DNA from: an uncultured Chthonomonadaceae bacterium
Lineage (GTDB): Bacteria; Armatimonadota; Chthonomonadetes; Chthonomonadales; Chthonomonadaceae
DNA: 64,000 nt
Assembly (NCBI GenBank): GCA_963835065.1
Contig: CAWIEK010000011.1
Location: forward strand, 1 to 64,000
Direction: 5' to 3'
Below are positions 58,731 to 64,000 of the stretch, in pieces. The position numbers and the translations under genes are program-made. The notes under the pieces were generated by a model. The model had not been told where the DNA came from and searched no databases. It saw only the letters and a program-made list of their open reading frames with translations. Each line of letters begins with the position of its first letter. The first letter of the stretch is position 1.

Positions 58731-59952
58731 ATGAGCGAGGCAACGGCAATCGCGTTGTGGGAAGTTCTCGACCTGCTGCAATCGCTTATAGACAAGTCGC
58801 TTGTCGTCTATGAAGAAAGCGCGGACGGGCAGGGCCGCTATCGCCTGCTGGAAACCGTGCGGCAGTACGCGAATGAAAAGGAGACGGCGGAAGATAGCCG
58901 TGCCCTTTCCGGCAGGCACGGCGCGTATTTCCTCGCGCTGGCCGAAGAAGCCCGGACGCATTACGACAATGACGCGCAGAGAATCTGGATGCAGCGCCTG
59001 GAAACGGAGCATGACAATGTGCGCGCCGCCCTCCATGCAAACGCGGCGGCAAGCGGAGCATCGGCAGGCGGAGGAGATCGCGGGTGAAAAACTGCGCTTT
59101 GTCGCCGCGCTTGCCAAGTTCTGGTGGACTCGCGGCTACATGACGGAGGGCCGCGCCTGGGCCGCTTCCGCCCTTGCCCGCTCTGCAAATGCCCCCGCAA
59201 GCCTCCGCGCCGACGCGCTGCATGGCGGGGGCATCATGGCCGCGATGCAGGGGGATTATGGGATCGCGCAGGAGTGGCTTACCGAAAGCCTGGCGCTGCA
59301 GCGCGCGGAAAACCAACCGCGAGAAGCCGGGCTTGTTCTGCGCTCTTTGGGCGCGCTGTACACGGATATGAACGAGCAGGCGAAGGCGCGCGCCTGTCTG
59401 GAAGAGGCGCTGGCGCTCTTTCGGGCGTCAGGAGACCGGCGCGGCATTGCGTCGGTTTCAGGGACACTGGGCATTGTGTCCGCCCGGCAGGACGATCTTG
59501 AGGGAGCGCGCGCCATGATGGAAGAAAGCCTGGCCGTCCTGCGCTCGCTTGGGGATGCGCAAAGCGTCGCCAACACCCTGCACAATCTTGGCGTGGTTCT
59601 GGAATCCTCCGGGCATGTCGAGCGGGCGCGCGCCTGCTACACCGAAGCGCTGCAACAAACGCTGGCATTGGGCAACAAACTCTATCTGTACTGTTCGCTG
59701 GAAGCGCTGGCCGGGGTTGCCGTCACGCTCAATCACCCGGCCCGCGCCGTTTGCTTGTATGCCGCCGCGTTTGCCCTGCGCGAAAGCGTCCACGAGCCGC
59801 ACAATGAGGCCGATTATGCCCGCGCGATGAAGAGGCTGCAAACATTGCGGCAGCAATTGGGCGATGCGGCCTACCAATCCGCCTACGCGCAGGGCAGCGC
59901 CATGACCCTGGATGAGTCGCTGGAATACGCCTTGAGCGATGAGGACAGGTAA
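58731..59952 (+). CDS. Winged-helix C-half + TPR module 3, frameshift near 59030-59050
   Basis: AAGGAG SD; 58731..59087 holds the shared block, the 58801..59952 frame holds FWWTRG and the TPRs. Confidence 0.8.
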
Positions 59953-60010
59953 GGCATTAGGCATTAGTCATTAGGCATTAGATATTAGATATTAGATATT
60001 AGATATTAGG
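59953..60010. repeat. Heptamer tandem (GGCATTA/GATATTA)n, single arm
   Basis: About 8 units; same units as 45066-45101. Confidence 0.85.
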
Positions 60011-60042
60011 GTGAACCGCTTGCTGTGAGAGATGAGGGGAAG

Positions 60043-61027
60043 ATGATTGATTTGGAAGAACTGCCGATGCGCGTTGCTGTCGGGCAGATGAACGAACTGA
60101 CGGACGAGCAACTGGCGTTTGCGCAGCAGTGCGGCGTTCAGGACGTGCAATTGAACACGCCCAAACTGCCCGGTGAGGAACGCTGGGAACTGGAAGACCT
60201 GCGCGGCTTGCGGCAAAAGGCGGCGGCGCGCGATTTGCGCCTGATTGCCATAGAAAACGTGCCCATCGCCTTTTACGACAAAATCATGCTGGGATTGGAA
60301 GGGCGCGAGCGGCAGTTGGAGAACATGCGCGCGACAGTGCGTAATATGGGGAAGGCCGGTATTCCTATTTTGGGCTACCACTGGATGCCCAATGGCGTGT
60401 GGCGCACGGATTTTGCCACGCCGGTACGCGGCGGCGCGATCTCCAACTCGTTCAAATATGCGCTGGCAAAAGACGTGGCGTGGACGCACAGTGTGGAATA
60501 CTCCGAAGCCCAAATGTGGGCCAATTACGACTGGTATCTGGAGCGAATTCTGCCGGTCTGTGAGGAAGCGGGCGTTCGCTTTGCCCTGCATCCCGACGAT
60601 CCGCCCGTGCCCACGCTTGGCGGCGTGGCGCGTTTATTCCACAGTTTCGATAACTTCCGGCGCGCGCTGGAAACCCATGCCAAGTCCCATGCACGGCCTG
60701 GATTTTTGTCACGGCTGCTGGTCGGAAATGCGCGGCGGTGCGGGGATTCTGGAGGCTATCGAGTGGTTTGGCAGCCGGAACCAGATTTTTTATGTCCACC
60801 TGCGCGACGTGCAGGGTTGTGCCGAAGACTTCACAGAGTGCTTTCTGGATGAGGGCAACAGCGACATTGTGGCGGTAGTTCAGAAACTGAAGGACGTGGG
60901 CTTTCGCGGCTTTATTCTGGACGACCATGTTCCGCATCTGGTGAACAACTCGCCCTGGGGCCATCGCGGACGCGCTTTTGCCACCGGCTATCTGCTCGGC
61001 GTCCTCCATTCGGTCAACAAAAGATAG
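60043..61027 (+). CDS. Mannonate dehydratase-like (UxuA family), frameshift near 60670
   Basis: NMGKAGIPILGYHW, ALHPDDPP, GLDFCHG, YVHLRDV, DHVP. Confidence 0.8.
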
Positions 61028-61064
61028 CAGCAACAAAAGTTAGCAGCAAAACAAAGGCGGTTTC

Positions 61065-62777
61065 ATGAGCATTGAAGGAGTATTGCCGCGCCGGGACGGG
61101 CGAGAAAACACGCAGTCCGCGCTTCCGCAGGCGGTTGGGCAAAAAGCCGCCGACGTTTTGGAGGCGGCAGTCGGCAGCGCGCAGGAGGGGGAAGACAAGC
61201 CGCGCAGTATTGAGCAGGAACTGCGCGCCAGCAAGGAAGCGCTCGACCTTGCCATTAACGGCGCGCAACTGGGAACCTTCTACTGCGACATGCCCCCCAA
61301 CCATATTGTCTGGAACGACACCTGCAAGGATCATTTCTTCCTGCCCCACGATGCCACAGTGGACTTCGACCTGTTTTATGCGCGTTTGCACCCCGATGAC
61401 CGCGAACCGACCCGGCAGGCGGTCATGCGCTGCATTGAGGACGGCGTTCAGTATAATATGGAATACAGAACCGTCGCCCCGGATGGCCGGATGCGCTGGA
61501 TCAACGCCATCGGCAAAACCTATTACGACGAAGAAGGCAAGCCCCTGCGCTTCGACGGCATCACCATTGACATTACGGAGCAAAAGACGCGGGAGCAAAC
61601 GCTCAATTTTCTAATCGAACTCAATGACGCTACGCGGCAGATGCAGGAACCCGAAGAAATCATGGCGACGGCAGCGCGCCTGTTGGGGGAGTTTATGCGG
61701 GTATCCCGGTGCGCGTATGCCACTGTGGAAGCGGACGAAGACCATTTCACGATCTACAAGGATTACACGAACGGCTGCGCCAGTTGCGCGGGCAGTTACC
61801 GGCTGGAATTGTTCGGACCGCGCGCCGTCGCGCAACTGCGCGCCGGTCAAACGTATATCGTCCGTGACCGGGACCGGGAGGCCACAGTTGAGGATGACCT
61901 TGCCGCGTTTCGCGCCATTGACATACAGGCCATTATCTGCACTTCGCTGATCAAAAGCGGGCGTTTTGCGGCCATGATGGCGGTGCATCAGACGGAGCCG
62001 CGCCAATGGACAGCCGGGGAAATCAAGCTGATGGAAATGGTGGCCGAGCGTTCCTGGGCGATCATCGAGCGGGCGTATGCCGATAAGCGCTTGAAGGAGC
62101 GTTCCGAGGAGATTGCCGCGCTCAACATCCAGCTGCGCCGCTCCATACAGGAGACCCACCACCGCGTCAAGAACAACCTGCAAATCATTGCGGCTCTGGC
62201 CGAACTGCAAATGGACGACGACGCGATGGTTCCCGCCGCCGCCTTGAAGCGCATGAGCCAGCATACCCGCTCCCTCGCGGCGATTCACGACCTGCTGACG
62301 CAGCAGATCAAAGACGATGCGCATACGGACAGCATTTCGGCAAAAGCGATCATGAACAAATTGGTTCCCCTGCTGCAAATCACGGCGGGCGAACGCTCCC
62401 TTTACTGCCTGTCGGACGACTTTATGTTGCCGGTGCGGGAAGGCGCATCGCTCACGCTGCTGGCAAGCGAACTCGTGGGCAACGCCATCAAGCATGGGGC
62501 CGGGGCCATCAGGGTGACGCTGCATCAGGAGGCAGAAACCGCGCGCCTGACGGTGACGGATGAGGGCAAAGGCTTTCCCGATGGGTTTAATGCCGCAAAA
62601 GCCGCGAACACCGGTTTGAGTTTGATAGACAGCACAGGGCGCTACGACCTGCGCGGAACCATCGTCTACCAAAACCGACCCACAGGCGGGGCGCAGGTTG
62701 TCGTCACGTTTCCCATTACGCGGACAGAGGAAAAAGACACGAATGAATTGTTGTTCGATGGAAAAGGAGCGATATGA
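61065..62777 (+). CDS. PAS-GAF sensor histidine kinase (HisKA_2 type)
   Basis: LHPDD PAS, PRQWT GAF, ETHHRVKNNLQ, ELVGNAIKHG, DEGKG. Confidence 0.9.
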   Translation: MSIEGVLPRRDGRENTQSALPQAVGQKAADVLEAAVGSAQEGEDKPRSIEQELRASKEALDLAINGAQLGTFYCDMPPNHIVWNDTCKDHFFLPHDATVDFDLFYARLHPDDREPTRQAVMRCIEDGVQYNMEYRTVAPDGRMRWINAIGKTYYDEEGKPLRFDGITIDITEQKTREQTLNFLIELNDATRQMQEPEEIMATAARLLGEFMRVSRCAYATVEADEDHFTIYKDYTNGCASCAGSYRLELFGPRAVAQLRAGQTYIVRDRDREATVEDDLAAFRAIDIQAIICTSLIKSGRFAAMMAVHQTEPRQWTAGEIKLMEMVAERSWAIIERAYADKRLKERSEEIAALNIQLRRSIQETHHRVKNNLQIIAALAELQMDDDAMVPAAALKRMSQHTRSLAAIHDLLTQQIKDDAHTDSISAKAIMNKLVPLLQITAGERSLYCLSDDFMLPVREGASLTLLASELVGNAIKHGAGAIRVTLHQEAETARLTVTDEGKGFPDGFNAAKAANTGLSLIDSTGRYDLRGTIVYQNRPTGGAQVVVTFPITRTEEKDTNELLFDGKGAI

Positions 62778-63571
62778 AACTCGGAGCGAATTCTGTGTTG
62801 TTTGGCGGGCATGATCTGGAAACGGCTTTTAAGTATCTGGCCCTGTCGGGCTACGACGGCATCGAACTGTCGGCCATTGACGGCATGAGCGAGCATCTGG
62901 TGTTGGACAACTGGCGCGAACTGGCCCCAACGATTAAAAAACTGTCGAGCGATTACGGGCTGGAACTGCTGGCAATGGAGCAGCCGAACCAGAACCCGGA
63001 AAAGATGGAGCAGGCGTTTCAGGCCGCCGCGGAAATCGGTATTCCCATCGTCAACTGCGGGCCGGGCGGCAAATCCGACGATGAAAGCAGCCTGCAGGAA
63101 AGCATTGACTCGCTCGGTCGCCTTGCGGATCGGGCGCAGGCGCATGGCGTGATTTTGTGCGTGAAAGCGCACGTTGGGGCAAGCATATACAACACGCCCA
63201 CAACCCTGCGGGCGATGGAAGCGATTACATCCCCCGCCTTCGGCATTGACATGGACCCCTCGCACATCTGGCGCGCGGGCGAAAACCCTGTAGACGCGAT
63301 TACCGCCGTGCTGTCCCGCGTCAAGCATGTCCATATCCGCGACTGCAAGGGGCGGCAGCAAAACCCCGGCAAGCCCGAAGACCAGGCCAACGGGCGGGGC
63401 GACATTGATCTCGTCGGCTACATCGGCGCATTGCACAAGGGCGGCTACACCGGCCCGGTCAATCTGGAAATCATCGGCGCGAAAACGTATAGCGTGGAGC
63501 AGTGCTGCATCATCGCGGCGGAATCGCGCGGCCATATACAGGCGTGTCTGCAAGCCTGTGGCGCGCGGTAA
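62774..63571 (+). CDS. Sugar phosphate isomerase/epimerase (TIM barrel)
   Basis: GYDGIEL, DMDPSH, HVHIRD, GYTGPVNLE. Confidence 0.85.
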   Translation: MKLGANSVLFGGHDLETAFKYLALSGYDGIELSAIDGMSEHLVLDNWRELAPTIKKLSSDYGLELLAMEQPNQNPEKMEQAFQAAAEIGIPIVNCGPGGKSDDESSLQESIDSLGRLADRAQAHGVILCVKAHVGASIYNTPTTLRAMEAITSPAFGIDMDPSHIWRAGENPVDAITAVLSRVKHVHIRDCKGRQQNPGKPEDQANGRGDIDLVGYIGALHKGGYTGPVNLEIIGAKTYSVEQCCIIAAESRGHIQACLQACGAR

Positions 63572-63652
63572 AGCCTTGTAAATTTTCGCTATTTATCCGA
63601 GAGGAAGGGTATGCTATAATTCAGCAAAGCGATACAGAAGGGAACTGCGACA

Positions 63653-63886
63653 ATGAAAGAAATCCAACTTTCGCCCGAAGCGCAATGCCAGGAAGCCGCC
63701 CTTGAAGCCGCAATGGAACGGCTGCGTGTGGAGCGGCTGAAGAGCGATGCTCAAAACCGTGCCCTTCAATCTCTAATCGAACGTGAAGAGCAACTTGCAA
63801 CGCAGCTTCAAGAGGTTCTCAGGGTTCGTAAATCAATAAGTTCCCAACCAGCGGAAAGGCCGCTCTCTGCTAACGGGAAGTGGTGA
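63653..63886 (+). CDS. Small coiled-coil hypothetical protein
   Basis: TGnTATAAT at 63612-63620, AAGGGA SD; weak resemblance to the 33873 protein. Confidence 0.5.
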   Translation: MKEIQLSPEAQCQEAALEAAMERLRVERLKSDAQNRALQSLIEREEQLATQLQEVLRVRKSISSQPAERPLSANGKW

Positions 63887-63919
63887 AGGTTTTGGGAAAC
63901 GGGTGGGCAGAAAAAAGGA

Positions 63920-64000
63920 TATGTAGAGTCATCGTCGAAATCTTGGCAATACAGCGCTTCCAGCCCGATGTCTCGTTGTGTCAAGTTGTAGGAGTGAGGC
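63920..64000 (-). repeat. Dispersed ~150-bp conserved element, copy 3 (cut by window end)
   Basis: Reverse complement matches 28949-29029 at 78/81 nt. Confidence 0.85.

Noticed and set aside
56134..58871. DGR template/variable repeats or a shufflon
   Set aside because: Differences are mainly synonymous rather than adenine-specific, the repeats are direct, and no reverse transcriptase or invertase is in the window.

Overview
Bacterial chromosomal window with GC-rich coding regions and a few lower-GC accessory patches (1-1700, ~25900-26900, ~33250-33850). The mix of an LptD-like outer-membrane protein, an SLH protein, Firmicutes-like synteny (yacL-ispD/ispF; ffs-dnaX-ybaB-recR) and Planctomycete-type DUF1549/1553/1501 genes suggests an Armatimonadota-like diderm (inference only). 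Housekeeping content: hppA, ispDF, pdxS, recR, ybaB, dnaX, SRP RNA, a FabF-like synthase and a UxuA-like enzyme. About ten genes carry single-base frameshifts, probably assembly indel errors. Most interesting: (1) a class III cyclase-STAND ATPase gene that stops inside its winged-helix region and is followed by three separate genes, each starting with the same 38-aa missing piece fused to a different TPR array, i.e. a candidate split NLR-like receptor with swappable sensors (54522-59952); (2) a ~150-bp non-coding element in three dispersed copies (2172, 28884, 63920) with an SD-led micro-ORF and a shared upstream palindrome; (3) many inverted 7/8-mer tandem-repeat hairpins, some inside genes; (4) a MITE inserted in a REP hairpin; (5) a toxin-antitoxin pair whose promoter duplicates the SRP RNA promoter. 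All product calls are from motif recognition by eye; no database search was run.
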